A program made the position numbers and the translations under genes. The notes beneath the pieces are model-generated. The model saw only the letters and a program-made list of their open reading frames with translations. It ran no database searches and was not told the origin of the DNA. From assembly GCA_022813965.1 (NCBI GenBank), contig JALDZS010000051.1:1-64000 (forward strand): a stretch of 64,000 bases of DNA. Reading direction: 5' to 3'. Origin of the DNA: Toensbergia leucococca. Lineage: Eukaryota. Shown here one piece after another: positions 11,269 through 25,500 of the stretch (position 1 is its first letter; each line of letters starts with the position of its first letter).

Positions 11269-13356
11269 TTACATATCATGCACAGGCGAGGCAGCGATCT
11301 TCTTCGCCGCATCAAGAAGCTTCCAGTTCCGTTCTTCCATCAGCTCTACTTGCGAAAGACCCTCTTCTCCAAACGGCCTCACGCTGCTCTCGCAAAACTT
11401 CTTCCCGTCCGGCACTTCCCCGCTCTGGAAATACTGTCTGATCACCTTCATGGCGCAAAGGCTAGGATAGCTAATAGTGCAATGTCCCAACCCATGAGCC
11501 TCCACAATCCCAGCTCCTGGAAACAGCTTAGCAGCATCAATAGCATTTCTCAGTGGAGTCACAGGATCAAGTGTTTGACTGGCGAAGAGAATCGGGTGTG
11601 CAGTCTGCGCGCCGAACGGACCGGCGAAGCGCCATTTTGCGTGTATAGAGTAGCCATGACAAAACATACGAATCCTGGCCCAGCGATTTGCAAAAAGTGG
11701 AGACTGGCTCCGCAGGAAGTCAAGATAGGTGAGATATTCATCCTTGGTATCGTGAATAAAGTTACCTCCGTCGGTACAAGAGATACCAGCGGCAGCGGCA
11801 TAACTATCAATGTTGGATAAAGGGCTGGAGTCGCAAGATAGAGGAGTGGAATAGAAGGCGGAGATATTGCCGCTTTTTAAATCAAACATGAAGGAGGCTA
11901 CGACCCTGAAATTTGCATAGGGAGTGTACCATAAGTCCAAGATGCGATTTATAACGTCGGTATGAGAAACAACAATTGGGGTGCTATCTGGGTTGAAGCC
12001 TGTGAGTGGGTGATGGGTAAGATTTGTGAGAATGTCGTGAAATGTCGCGTTAATGGCTGCAGGGCCGGTAGGATCAAAAAGAGCGCAATGCGAGGGGCCT
12101 GCAGAAAAGCATGCCGTAGTGAAGTTGGCTGTGATGTGGTCAACATCCCACAGATTCTGCTCCCATTTGTTGTCATAGTAGTCCATCACGTTGACAACAC
12201 CATCCAGGACTAGGCGTTTGACTCGGTGCGGTTGCATTGTAGCGAAGGTCTGGCCAATTACAGTACCATAGGAAAAGCCCCAGTATTGAATCTGCTCTTC
12301 CCCCATGCGCCACGCGGTGCGATTGATGACGTCCCGCTTGTGTTGGTTACTGCAATACGAAGCGGAGAGGAGTTTTTTGGCTTCCTTTTGTCGCCACTCG
12401 CCGAGCCGCTCGACTATCTCGACCATATCTCGGACCACATTAGCTGTGCTGACAAACTGGCCTACATGCTCGCCCTCGTTGAGTCCCTGGACGCTGCTAT
12501 TAGCGCTTGATATTAGTTCAGCCCATACTGTTTCGCGAGCCAAGATTTTGTCGAAGACTGCCTCATTATCAAAGTCGAGTCCAATTGCCGAGCCTTGATC
12601 ATTCCAATTTTTTCGAGCCAGCGGATTTGAAATACCAGGATGATTTGGGGTGGTATTATTGACTCCTCTCGGGTCCCAAGCGATTAGGTCGAAATACTTA
12701 GCCTGGGCCCCAGCTCTGACTTCATTCCGATCCGCATAATCGCCCTTTAGGAGAGGAACTTCCGAGTCGATGATGGTCCGAAAAGAAGCAGCACGATCCA
12801 AGAGAAAACTCACGGCAGAGCCTCCGGGTCCCCCTGACTAAATTAATTTAAATTTTACCATAGGTCTGAGGCAATTGGAATGATCCTTTTACCATTGTTG
12901 AATAGAATTGAGCCTCCGTATCTCGGATCGGTGACATCTACTGGTGCGGGACTCCTGACAATAGCCAAAGCTGCCTTGGATGCCCCACTTGTTGCTGTAG
13001 AATTCCAATCAAGTGGGACCTCCAACCGCGCGCAATAGAAGTTCCCATAGCAAGGCTGATATTGAAGCGTTGGTGAGGGATCAATCTAGCTGAACCTGTC
13101 AGTGCGCTCTTTAGCAAGCCTGTCAACTCGCCCGCTTGACACGTACAGTACTCCAGTCGAAAGTCGCTCCACGATGAAAGGTATCTTCATTTCTCTCGAG
13201 ATTTGGCCTGCGCAAGAGGGCACTGAACCACCAATACCAGCACAAAAGAGCAAGTAAGAGAATGGCTGGCTTGACATGGACTCCTCGTGCTCTTGTAGAT
13301 TTTGGTAGATCTTCTAGCTTTTCAGGGCCAAGAGTGACTTGTCTTTTCTCGGACAT
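11269..13356 (-). CDS. Alpha/beta hydrolase, peptidase S33 / TAP-like, with N-terminal membrane anchor
   Basis: Hydrophobic AILLLALLCWYWWFS segment, CARLEVPLDW, LFNNG|GPGGS and WDPRGV. Catalytic triad motifs GFSYG, DPVTP and GHC are present. Two 5' introns. Confidence 0.85.
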
Positions 13357-13741
13357 TTTACGAAAACGGTCTTCTAGGTTCTCTTCAACAAAACGACAGC
13401 TATGTAGGGATTTGAGATAACAGAGTCTATATGAGCCAGGGAGCGGTTGTCACAAAGTAGATGCGAAAAGGCATGACGGCAGGGGAGTGGAATTATTAAT
13501 ATTTTATATATTGTTGGAGGGGTGACGTTGGCAGAAAGTGGGGAACGGGAAGGCAAAGGTTGAAAGATCCAATGAGATACAAATCAATCAACTAGCATTC
13601 TCATTAATCAATAAAGACCAGAACCTTTTGCTGTAATACGGAAGCGCCCACATCTCCTTTCTTCTCGACGCTCTGAGATTACTGCAAGTCCATGGACTGG
13701 CTGGCCATCTAGAAATCTATACCTCGTGGAATCTATAGGGT

Positions 13742-14611
13742 CTACCGCAGCTTCTTCCAAGATTCTCCATTTCCATTTTCATTTCCATGCATTCTTCTCT
13801 TTCTCCTAGCTTCCCACTTCTCCCACCCGGCGTCCACCAAATCCTCTTCAACGACCAGATCCCTCATCCGAAGTAACCTCGCCAGACGAGTCTCCAATCC
13901 CCAAGCTAGCCAGCCCGTCCTCCTTAACCACATGGTTGCCAGGAACCATGCTACTGCCGAGAAAGCTCCTGCTGCACATCCTACAAAAACCTGATTTGTT
14001 GTGTGGTAATTTAGGTAAATCCGACTTCCAGCGACAGCAGCGGCCACCAGGAGGAAGAGTAGAGAAAGCAGGATGCGTTGTGGAAGCGTGAATGGAGTAT
14101 GAGTTTGCATTGGGTGGGGAGCATGGCGGAAAAGTAAGAAAAGGGAAAGCGAGAGCGAGAAGTAAGTAAGGAATTGGGCGTGAGAAGAAGGCATGCCGTA
14201 GCCTTTGCCATACATTTCTATAAGTCGAAATAAGAATGATAACGTCCCGAAAGAACTGGAGGCCAGTTCATGCTGAGGTAGTGAGGATGGCGCTACGTAC
14301 GCTTAGGTCGCTCTGCTTTGATCAGGCGCTTGAGGAGGAAGTTGAAAGCTTCGCAACCCATTTGGCCTGTAAACATGAGACATATTTCAGCTTCGCGGCT
14401 GGACCAGATCAGGGTAGCATAGATGACACAAAGGGCTTGAGGTGTCAAGGCAAGCCATGCGCAAAGGTACGAGATGGGGTCCGAAGCGTTCTGCAAGCCA
14501 GCTGGGTCAGGAGAGGTGGATTGATGACGAGAGATGCTGCGGAGTGCTTACGTAGTGTACATGCGTTAACGACAGCGAGGCTAAAGGAGGAAAATCATCC
14601 ATGTCGCCCAT
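13742..14611 (-). CDS. CAX4: Dolichyl pyrophosphate phosphatase (PAP2 family)
   Basis: LASLSLTHVHY|NASDP, KRLIKAERP, GYGMPSSHAQF and SRIYLNYHTTNQV (PAP2 motifs 1-3). Two introns. The start may be 14611 or 14602. Confidence 0.9.
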
Positions 14612-14913
14612 AAGAATTGAAAAGGACGGGAGGTGTGTGAATTCCTGCTGCAGCCGGCGTCGTCATCTGCCCCCGCTAGAATATTCTAAACCGAGTGCCC
14701 AGCACCACCCAAGGTAACTACTCACCTACCTACCCTCGAGCCTCCTTGCCGTCAGCTACCTATCTCCTCGTTCTCTTCCTCGTACGTGGCCTCATGAAAA
14801 TGAACAATCTCATGCTATCTCTATACTAATCGTCCACCTTCATTCAAGAGCTTCCCTGTCCCCACGCCCGATATCCGGCCCCAGGATCCGCCCATGGTTC
14901 TAGACAGCTGGAA

Positions 14914-17753
14914 ATGACGTCCTCAGCCGTCCAACTCACTCCACCCGAGTCACCTGTCTCACCTACGGCTTCATTCTACGACCTGAGTGACGATGAGGAG
15001 GGAGAATACAACACGATCATGCATAGCAGCTCCGGTCGAGGTGTAAAGCTGTTGTTCTCCAAAAGCAAGGTTGGTCACGAAGGACCCAGGCTTTGAAACT
15101 CACAAAAATTGATACAGTCTCCCAGGTCTATGTACATCCCACGCCGTCATCCAAAGACAATATCCCAGGCTTCATTGCTCTCATTCAGCAGAGAACCCCC
15201 GCTGTAGACTCACAACAGCGTCCATCGTCTTCTTCCTCCTCAAGAAGCCAGAAAGCTTCCTCATATCTTCTAGCCTGGTTACCCGAGACTTCCTTAGGAG
15301 ATGCCTTTGACGCATACGTCAAAGTCGAATCTTCGGACGCATCCTCACCACCTCGGCAAACCCCACTTGTTCCTCAACCACCAACAACGACAACCCACAG
15401 CAGTTCTATAGGTACCTACGCCTTTGCCGTTCCTGTGAGTGAGATATACTCTCTCCTTGTCAGGCCACCAAGTCTTGGCTGGTGGTTCGGTAGCGTGGTA
15501 ATCAATACTCGCGCGGGAGATAGTTTCCCTGCTTTGTTCTTTCACGATAGCGAATGCCAGTCGACAATCCTACAGAAAAAGAAGCTGGTTCGGGAGAGTT
15601 TTGATCCTTTTGGTGAAGATGGAGGCCATTTCTGGGGTGGTGATGAGGTTCTACGATGGCTAAAGCGATATGTGATGGTGGAGAAGTCGGGCGCAGATCC
15701 TTCAGTATATCTTATAGAACCAAGTGCAGAGGACAAGATAGGGTTTGGTCCCAGAACGGCATCTCCAGGCAACCCAAATCCTATTGGTAGCAAAGCCGCT
15801 GGCCAGGTCGGTATCCCCAGTCAAAGCTCGGGAGCGGGAGGACGAGATGCTGGAATGGATCCACTCACAAAAGCACTAAAGCAAGCTAGGTGGAGTTTTC
15901 TCGAGAAGATGAGCCAGGTCACCAACTTCACAAAGCGCACTGCTCAGGACATTGTAGAAAACCCAAAGGTCCCACCGCAAGTAAGGCGGTTAATGAAGAA
16001 TCCCGAGGTTCAGACTCTGCAAGATGAGTTCGATAGTGCGAGAGTATACCTTGCGAGATGGGCTATGGGAATTGCCGAGCAAAGTGAGAAAGAAAGGAGT
16101 CAACGAATCTGGACGGCAAAAGATGTCCTAGAAATGGAAGATAGCGATGTGGGAGAATTTGAAATCCTTGACATGGAGGCGGGGAATATGTCATTGAGTG
16201 AAAGAAGAAAGCCAGTCTCCATGAAGGAGTGGAATGCGTTCTTTGACGCTCAAACCGGCCGATTACAGGTTACTCCTGACGAAGTCAAGGAGAGGATCTT
16301 TAACGGTGGCCTGGACCCAAATGATGGCGTCAGAAAGGAGGCCTGGCTGTTCCTTTTGGGTGTACACGACTGGAATAGTAATGCCGATGAGAGGAAAGCA
16401 GTGGTCAATAGTAAGCGTGATGAATTCGTCAGGCTGAAAGGTGCTTGGTGGGAGAGAATGGTTGATGGGACTGGCACCGCTGAGGACAACGAATGGTGGA
16501 AGGAGCAAAAAGGGAGAATAGGTAGGTTTCCCCATTCAATTATGCAAAGATATGAGGAGAGAGGCTGACACATCCTATTTCTTGGGATCCGGCATATAGA
16601 AAAAGATGTCCATCGTACTGATCGCAACATTCCACTTTTCGAAGGAGAAGATATCCCCCATCCAGATCCAGACTCCCCATTCGCCGACGTCGGTACCAAC
16701 GTACATCTCGAGCAGATGAAAGACATGCTTCTTACCTATAACGAGTACAATCGCGATCTAGGCTACGTCCAGGGCATGAGCGACCTCTTAGCGCCCATAT
16801 ATGCTGTGATGCAAGATGATGCTATAGCGTTCTGGGGTTTTGTTGGCTTCATGGACAGAATGGTACTGTTCTTCCAATAAATGGCCTGTAATTCCTTGTT
16901 AATTGACGTCTCAGGAGCGAAACTTCCTACGCGACCAATCCGGCATGCGTGCCCAACTCCTCACTCTAGATCACCTCGTCCAACTTATGGACCCAGCCCT
17001 CTACCTACACCTCCAATCCGCCGACTCAACCAACTTCTTTTTCTTCTTCCGCATGCTGCTCGTCTGGTATAAGCGCGAGTTTGGATGGGCCGATGTGCTG
17101 CGCTTGTGGGAGGGACTGTGGACAGATTGGCTGAGTAGTAACTTCCACCTATTTGTCGCGTTGGCGATCTTGGAGAAGCATCGGGATGTTATCATGGAGC
17201 ATTTGAAGCATTTTGACGAAGTCCTGAAATACGGTACGTACTTTTGTCTTTTACATGTCAAATTTCCTCCTTCAAATAATAAAGTAGCGGTACATTTGAA
17301 TTAGAAATACTAATCAGGCCCACAGTCAACGAGCTCTCCTCAACAATCGACCTTCCTTCGACTCTCCTCCGCGCTCAGGCCCTCTTCCGTCGCTTCCAAC
17401 GCACCGTCGAAGCCATTGACAAAAAACACAACTTCCCTGCCCCAAAAACGATTCGTCTACGAAACAAGCCCACTTCTACAAGCACTTCCAATCCTGCCAC
17501 TGGCAACAACAACAATGAAGCCGCTACCAATACCAATACCGGCAACCCCAGATCAAACGGCAAAGCGAGAGCCAGACCCTCTTCCGAAGGCGCTACCGCT
17601 TCCACGGGCACCAGTATCGGGGACGCCGTAGCCAGAGGCGTTGGCGCGGAGAAGGAAAAGGTCATCTCTCTTGAATTGAGGGGGTTGCTGAATCGGGAGG
17701 TGGTGAAGATGCCGAAGGAGGAGGTTATGGGAAGGGGTGGGGGCGTGAGTTGA
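14914..17753 (+). CDS. GYP7: TBC-domain Rab GTPase-activating protein Gyp7
   Basis: KLLFSKSK|VYVHP, RKEAWLFLLG, spliced IEKDVHRTDR (Arg finger), GYVQGMSDLLAP (Gln finger) and FFFFRMLLVWYKREF. Introns ~15070-15125, 16522-16578, 16863-16914 and 17233-17325. Confidence 0.93.
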
Positions 17754-18620
17754 GTTGGCTGGAATGGCCGATTTGATTCGCTCTAGGCGTTTTGTACGTG
17801 TGGTTGGGCATATCGATGGCTTAAGTTTAGCTGAGGCATTTTTGGGGGAGCTCGGGGCGCGTGGGAGTCTTTCTGTTTTTCGGGGAGAAGCCGGGGGCTG
17901 TGGGTGTTTGAGGTTGGGATTGTTGGGTAGATTTATCCAGGTAATCTACGATCGTTTGTCTGCGTACGTGATGGTCTTTTTCGCATTGGTTGCTCAGGGA
18001 ATATGAACGGAGGTTTTTGTAGGACAAGGGGGTGCACACTATTACCTATGCAACACACCCCTTTTTTTTTGGAGAGGGGTGTATAGGTACTTTGTTTCAA
18101 TATGTAGGTACCTTTTCCCCCTGGGTGTAACATCCATATCGCTTCCACGTGATAGACCGGAACGGATCATGTTATGTCGTGTCATGTCCTGTCATTTCAT
18201 GTCATGCTATGAAGATAGAGGAGTCCGGGTTTTTCCAAAACTCGGGGTCATCATAAACCCCTTGGAAGGAAAGACACGACCCGGCTAGAATAACAGAGAT
18301 ATACACAACACACACACATAATACACACACCCGTCCCCTGGCTGGCCCTGGCCCTGCTGTCCCTAGAATAGAATAGCGGGAGCAGCCACCTGGGCTAGAA
18401 TACTTAAATGGTGGCATGGGTGGGTGGGTGGGGATAACCTTAACTTTGGAGCTTCTCAACCATTTAGAGATGGTGGATGGAAAGACTGGGAAATCTGATC
18501 GAGGTTTTTTGGGGTTTTTTTCGGCATGATGGCCGTGATCTGCTTCTTCTCTTTCTCCTTCTTCTTCTGAGCTAGGATCTTGCTCACATGGGGGAGTGAG
18601 AGCGGGAGTGAGGATTTTCC

Positions 18621-20039
18621 TCATCTCGGATCCTTGACCCGAAACCGCCCATCAAGGGCACTGACTCTGTACCTCTTTTGCCGATTCGCACCCCGCTGCA
18701 CCCCCCACTGATACTCATTCCGGGCCCGGACTTGCAGCTTCAATATCTTCTGCTCCAGGGCTCGGAGGGCGCGCTGTTGTTGTTCTGGGACGTTGGTTAG
18801 GCCTTTGGCTACTGTGCTGATACTGTTGTTGTTGGTGGTGGTGGTGGTGGGGGCATGGGTGGCGATTTGTTGTTGTTGTTGTTGGCCTCGTCGAGGACGA
18901 GGCTGGGATTGGGAGGTGGTAGTGGTTGAGCGTGTGGGGGATGGTTCTGTGAGGGGTTTTTTGCACGAAGGGGTAGGTTCTGATATGCGCTGGGCGGGAG
19001 GGGGAGGGAGATGTGAGCGGTGATGGGATCGGGGTTGGGAGCGGTGAGTTAGGGTCTTGCCTGTTGAGAGACGAAGTGATTCATGCTCTGAAATCGTAAA
19101 AGAGCCTTGCGTCGACCGACGGTGACTGCGTTGGTCACCATCGTCATCTTCTGTAGTCGTAGTAGCGTTGGCGCTTTCTGATTCCGAGTCACTACTAGTG
19201 GTGGGATAGTCGTAGAAATCGTCCAATTCCGAATCCTCGTCGAGATTGATCATGCAGTGGCCCTTGTCGATCATGTGTTGCTGAATGCCTTTCGTGGTCG
19301 CCTTGTTCGTTTCGCAGTAGATGCAGGCGTGGAAGTCGGAGATGACGCTGTGCAGGTAGCCCAGGAGACTCGCCATGTCGTAGAGATGGTCCTGGTTGGG
19401 GATGAATAACCCGTGCTGCTTGTACATGTGTTCGAGGTTGCGTTCGAGCGTTGAGGAGTTGGAATTGCAGAATAGACATTGGGAAACCGCTAAAGGTTCA
19501 TCGGTTGTCGAGTCATCACCTAGCTTTGGGAAAGTGGCCACGTCTGACCCGTCTGATAGGAGCGTGCCATGAGTCTGAACAGTCTTGTCCTCACCAGTAT
19601 TCCAATCGCTGGTTCCCGGATTCGTTATCTTCAGCGCATGTTCTTGGCTCTTGAGATGACTCTGGTAAGCCTTGTGACTATCATACGTCTTCTGGCAAAC
19701 TCCACAGGCTCTTCCAACTGACGCATCCGTCTCGGCTGCTTTTGATCTTGTTCGGAAAGCCAAGACTTGTTCCTGGAAGACTCCTAGTGAAATAGGTGAT
19801 AGAGAGGCAATGCGGCGCTTGAGGTTGTATACGCTAGGCGAGATAGGGCTATCAGCTGCAGGAAGAAGCACCCTTTTAGATTATATGCAAACTCACTGCC
19901 AATCATTCCGCATGTGCGCACGTTGGGTTTCGCTATCAATGAAAGTCACTTCACACGTATTACAAGTGAATGAAGGAGTTGGACTGGAACTTTGCGCTGA
20001 GACTTCTGTAGTAGCAGAAGTATTGCGACTAGGAAGCAT
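18621..20039 (-). CDS. C2H2 zinc-finger protein of the Rei1/Reh1/ZNF622 family (divergent, TRI15-like)
   Basis: FTCNTC...QRAHMRNDWH|VYNLKRRIA, CGVCQKTY...HLKSQEH, CLFC...NLEHMYKQHGLFIP and CIYC...QQHMIDKGHC. The 3' end is uncertain (possible terminal intron). Confidence 0.8.
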
Positions 20040-20944
20040 CGTTGAAGTGAAGTTAACGAGCCTGTGTACTCAAACTGGGGATAAATCTGGGTACAAGAGG
20101 TTGGAGATAATAGTAATAGAGAACGGGGGAGAGAGACAGACGGAGAGACGGAGAGAATTAACAAGACTGTGAGAGATTGTATAGAAGTTTATCTAGCTCT
20201 CGTTCTATTAAACAACCTTTGATCAACTGTCTATCGAATGTTCACTCTTTGGTATGACTCACTCACTCATTCCTTGACGCATTGAGTGATGAGTCTTACT
20301 TGCATTGGCGCTTATGTTGTGTACACTTTGCCAATTTAACCGATTTGCCAATCATTCATTTGAGTTGCTCTTTCTACGTTGGGCCAATAATATGTTTGAG
20401 TTGTAAATACTATCTGATGAGTAAAGAAGAATTTGATTGAGCTGAGAGAAAGTTGACGATGATCTTTTTCTTTGACAGTGATGAGTTGAGAAAGAAAATG
20501 GAAAGAAAGAGAGAGAAGAAGAAGAGAGGGGTTGAGTGAGTGAGTGAGTGATGCTTAGGTTTAGGTGGCTTTCTAAGGGGTTTGATTTGATTTGAGTTTT
20601 TCTTGGGAATAAATGCTTGTCTTTTGATTTTTTTTCTCTCTTTTTTTTCTGGCGAGTTTTGGGGGAAATGGTTGTGTTTATTTGGGATATTTGCTAGGGG
20701 GGTTTTGGTGAGGACCTAAGGTGGTGGCTTTGGGATCCCTGGTAGGAGGTGTTGTTTGCGGCAGATGAGGCAAATGGGTGGGAGAGGAGTCGCTTGTTAA
20801 GAAGTGTGGTGGTGTGAAAGGAGGGATGGTGCTGATTGCGGATGAGTCGATCGGACTGGATGTAGAGATGGGCGAGTTAGAAGGGTTCGTAGCAAGGTGG
20901 TGTGGAGCTGCAAATCGGATGGATTGAGAGAAGGGTTACTTCCC

Positions 20945-22217
20945 TCAGGCGCTGTACGAGGTGATGTAATACTGCCTCGACTATCAATCAGTATTAGACC
21001 TCCAATAAATTCACGGCAGCGAGCAACACAAAACCACCCAAAAGCAGAGACTCACCGTAAGCACACTGCCCTCATCGGCCGTCTCCTCATCCACCAAATA
21101 CACGTACAACACCAGCGCCGTCTCATGGCAAACACAAGCAATCACCTTTCCCCCCATCCTCCCAACCCCCAATACCCTCCCCCAATCCCGACCCTCGACC
21201 CTCACGACCGCCCATGCCTCCTCCCCCTCCCGCTCTTTCATAATCGTGCTAGCATGCTTGCGAATGCCCTCCTCCCCACCCTCAATCTGACTGGGGTCGA
21301 GTTCCGGGTTCTGGAGATGGTGCCAGGTGCTTTCGATGCGGAGATTGTCCGTGTTTAAGCTGAGGCGGAAACTGCCGTGCATGGTTGCGCTAAGGGTGAG
21401 GCGAGGGGGCGGAGTAGTGCTAGAGGTCGACGAGGATGAGGCGGAAAGGGCGATTTTGGTGAAGCGCTCCGAGATGGATTTTAGCAGGTGGAGAGGCGGG
21501 AGGATAATGTGGACGTCTGGGTCCGGACAGCGGGGTTCGTGAATGCTGGCGACGGAGGATGCGGCGAGGACGCGGACGGGGATGTCTTGGATTATTGTTG
21601 TTTCGCGGTCTGGAATTGGGTGAATGGAGATGTTGTTATTGGAAGGGTCGTCGTCGCTGGCGTAAGAGGTAGCGTTGAAGGGCCTATTGGGGGGTAGGAG
21701 CTGGGTGGAGGTTTGAATTGTTAGAGAAAGGAGGGGGATGTCTGCTTTTTTGGTGAGGCGGATGGTGGCGGAGGTGGCGGAGTGGGCGGAGCGGAGAGCG
21801 CGGAGGAGTGGGATCAGGGGCACTTCGAGATTTATGGCGTTGGAGGGGATGGCAGATTGAAGGGTGTAGGCTGAGAAGATTGTGGACTTTTGGAAGGGTA
21901 GGTAAGTGATTTATTCAGCCTTTGGGGATTGATTAGCGAGGGCTTACGATTGAAAGAACGCTGCGGAGGCGAGGTCAGTCTATATAGAGATATGGAGAAG
22001 AGTAGAGAACCTACGCCCATACTTGTGTGCCTTGCTCTGGAATGATTGTGAAGCGGACGTGGTCATCGTCGAGGCGGATCCAGGCCACCTTGTGGAGGGA
22101 GGAGAGGGATGCTACGAGTTCTGGAGGAGAGGGTCAATGTCATGGTCAGATTGATGATTGATCGTTGTACTGACTAGTAAAGACACTTATGTTCTTGATG
22201 GAGGCCTTGAATCTCAT
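20945..22217 (-). CDS. HUS1: 9-1-1 checkpoint clamp subunit Hus1
   Basis: MRFKASI...KVAWIRLDDDHVRFTIIPEQGTQVW, INLEVP, IRLTKK..IPLLSL, IQDIPVRVL, EPRCPDPDVHIILP and C-terminal SVLT|YYITSY. Includes a 13-nt micro-exon. Confidence 0.9.
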
Positions 22218-22535
22218 TGTGAACAAGGTAATGGAAGCAGGGCAGGTGGAGGAGTCATTTCGAGATGGAAATTTCGATGCTACAGTTGTTTGTTCGAGTC
22301 AAGCAGAGGTGCAGGGTTCAGAACGCAGATTAAACTGTTCTTGGTGTTGAGCCATGACTGTGCAGCTTCTATGTACATATTTCGACCACAATACCGTGGA
22401 CGAGGATGCCTCGATCCAATGCACTTAAGATCCAAATGAAAAAACTATTGGGTATCTCATTACCAGACCTTCGAGTCCGAAGGCATTCCATGATCATACG
22501 CCTAGTAAATGCCCGCTTAAAACTCATATCATTCA

Positions 22536-25500
22536 TTAGTGATCTGTTCTCGATTTCAAAAAGACCCTTTGGATCCCTCCTGCCTTCCCAAGATCGACTG
22601 ATTCCCCATTCCCTGCTCGATGCTTTTCCACGCTGGCTCTCCGGGCCTTGTCAATCATGTCGTCTACCCAAGCTTGCTTGCTAGACGATATTTCTGTCTT
22701 CTTGCCGTTCGGACCAGCCAGGCCCAACGGTGTGTCCTCTTCCGTCCGCGATGATCGAGATGATGGTCGCGCCAACCGTGATGTAGAATCAACAGAACCA
22801 GGCGTGAAGTTTTGCTGTTTATATACAAAGACCTCGGGCGTGCTGGGCGTGCTTGGTGTATCGAGACCATCCAAGAGGCCCCCTGAAAGACGTACCTTTC
22901 GGATATTAGACGTTGAGCGAGGCCTCATCGCGGGGGACTCGGGTCGGCTGGTGGGAAGACTACCCATCGGAGTAACGGGAGAGCTAGTCTGCGACATTGG
23001 GAACTCTCGGATTTCGAATCGCCCGTCCGATAAAGAAGTCCTCCCATGATGACTCGCATACTCTTTCAAGTACTCACCTAGATCTGCCCATCCGCCGCCA
23101 ACTCGCACCATGACCCGCTCACCGCCCTCGCCAACCAGTCGCACAAACAGTTTAGTAGGAATATCCTGACCTGGTTGGTGCAAATGATACAGTTTTATAT
23201 CTGAGTCCTCGCTCGGAGGTCGCGGCCTCGATGTCTTCGATGGCGTTGTGAATGGCGATGATGGCGACGCTATCGAGGTTTTTGCCCTAGTCAGCTGCAT
23301 AGCCGGGGAACGAGTGTCTGATTGTCTTGCTCCTACAGAAATTCCTGCCGGCGATATCTCTGGTGCATTGGCTTCATGCCTGGACGTCAGTCTTATGCGC
23401 GCTGGGATAGTTGTCAAGATCGAGCTAATTCGTTCCTCGAGTTGGGTCTCTGGACTACTGAAGGGGCTCGACGAATGCATGGCGTGTCTACGAAGATTGT
23501 CCTTGATTCTAGGTGGAGGAGAGGATCTTCGTCGACCCAGTCTAGCAGGTGTGGAGCCAGGGCCTAGATCCGACACCTCCTCGAATCTGTGCCGCGACTT
23601 CAAAGGTATTCGGGGTGCCGGAGTCACGATTTCGGCCACATGTTGCTGTTCGCCACGTGCCTGCGAGAGTGCTGGTGATTGACTACCACTTACTTGCGAG
23701 GCTGAAAGTGATTGCTGTGTATGTTTGGCTTCTTGGTCTTCGTTGGACTTTTGAACATTCGTTGTGTTTGTCAATGGGTATTCTGTCTCTCCAGAGCTCT
23801 CTCTCAGACGCGACAGCGACGAAGACGTAGATGAGTAACTACCACTTCGTTTCACTGTTATGCTACGTACCTAAACCAAATCAATACGATTTCTAGAGCA
23901 CCCGACCAATGAGACCTCTTACCTCGCTTCGTGACAGGACCTCGATAGAGGTGATTGAAGCCCTCTTCACGATTGTTTCATTTCCATCATTCTCGTCTTG
24001 GATCAAAGAATCCTCCGATAAGTCGACAGACTGATTCGTGATTGGCTCCGCTGCGAAGCTCGGAGTTCGACTACCCTGTAGAGGAGAGACTAAGCTTGGA
24101 CGGACTATCGTAACTTCGGATGCTATGATGCTTCCTCGTTCAGTGCGCTGACTTGATTGGCGTGAAAACGTTCCAGTCGAATTCGTTGGTTCTCTCAAAG
24201 TCCACGTTGGTGAAGTCACCTCAACGGGGCTTCCGACGTATTCCGCTCTCGTGGCATCTTGAATTTCTGGGCTTGACATTCCCGAAAAATACGCAGATGT
24301 TGCGGACCCGGGGCACGAGGTGTCGGAAGACACGTTGCTCTCAACATCACGCTGTTGGTTTTTGAGCGCTAGTGGTGTAGGCCTATGGCCTTGCTTGACT
24401 TTACCATTCCACAGTGTCTGAGTTGCTGTGGAGATTACTGCAGGAGCCTGTGCTGTAATGTCCAAGAACGTCGGGTCCTCAGGGATTAACGGAGCGGCCT
24501 CGTCTGAACGATCAAGCGGGGATGATAACTCACGCCGATGACCAAAGTGTGTAGGTAGAACAGAAGCAGTGTTTTGTGTTTGGCCTACGGTGCTGGCAAC
24601 TTCCTCTTCTGCGGGAGACGGAGACAAGAAATTTTGGTTCGTTTCTATATTTTGATGATTTCCAGGCGACTTAGGTTCATGTGCTTGATCTGACTTGAGG
24701 TCTCTATTGGCCATTTTAAGTAATTGATGCTCTTCGATTTTGTCAAATTGATGAGTTGTTGGCACGCCTTCTGATGACACTAGAACCAGACTCTTACTTC
24801 CAGGTGACCTACCTTCAATTTCTGTATTCAAAGCATTGGTGAAAACATCCGACCTGGGGCTTTTGCCGGCGATGCCAACCACTGGCTTTTCTATGGGATC
24901 TGGGAGAAAACCCTGGGAGGGGCCAGAAAAGTGTCCTACCAAACTGAGAGCGTCGCTATTTTTCATGCTTGCACCAGTTTCGACACTTTGAGGAGAGTCG
25001 GATGCTCCACTCTTCGGAATCCCGTCGGAAACAAATGAACCATCATGGAGAACATCTGTAGATGAGAAAGAGAAAGTCTGTGGAACGGTTGGATTATCGG
25101 CAACGTTAGGCATTGTGCCGAAGTCTTCGGCAAAATTACTTTCTCCTATTTTGTTCGATGTTTGGGGTGCCAATGATTGATGTTGCCCACTTGTTTCTCC
25201 TTGTGATCTATTCTGCGCCGTATGTCTAACGTTGACGTGGCGTTTCTCTGCCTTCCACTCGTTCTCAAGGACCTGCCTTTCGCTTTCGACAACCCAGCTT
25301 CCAAAGTCCGCTTCAATGCTTTCCATGCAATCAATCCACCTCTCTGGAACAGTGTCCCTCCTACCCTCCAGGTTATCGAGCATACTATCAAGTCTTTGGC
25401 CGAGTTCGAAGATCTGGTTCCCCACAATTGATCGCATTGTTGAAAACCCATTCCTTGTAATGTCAGATTCATCTTTCCTGATCACTTCCCAGGCAGAATC

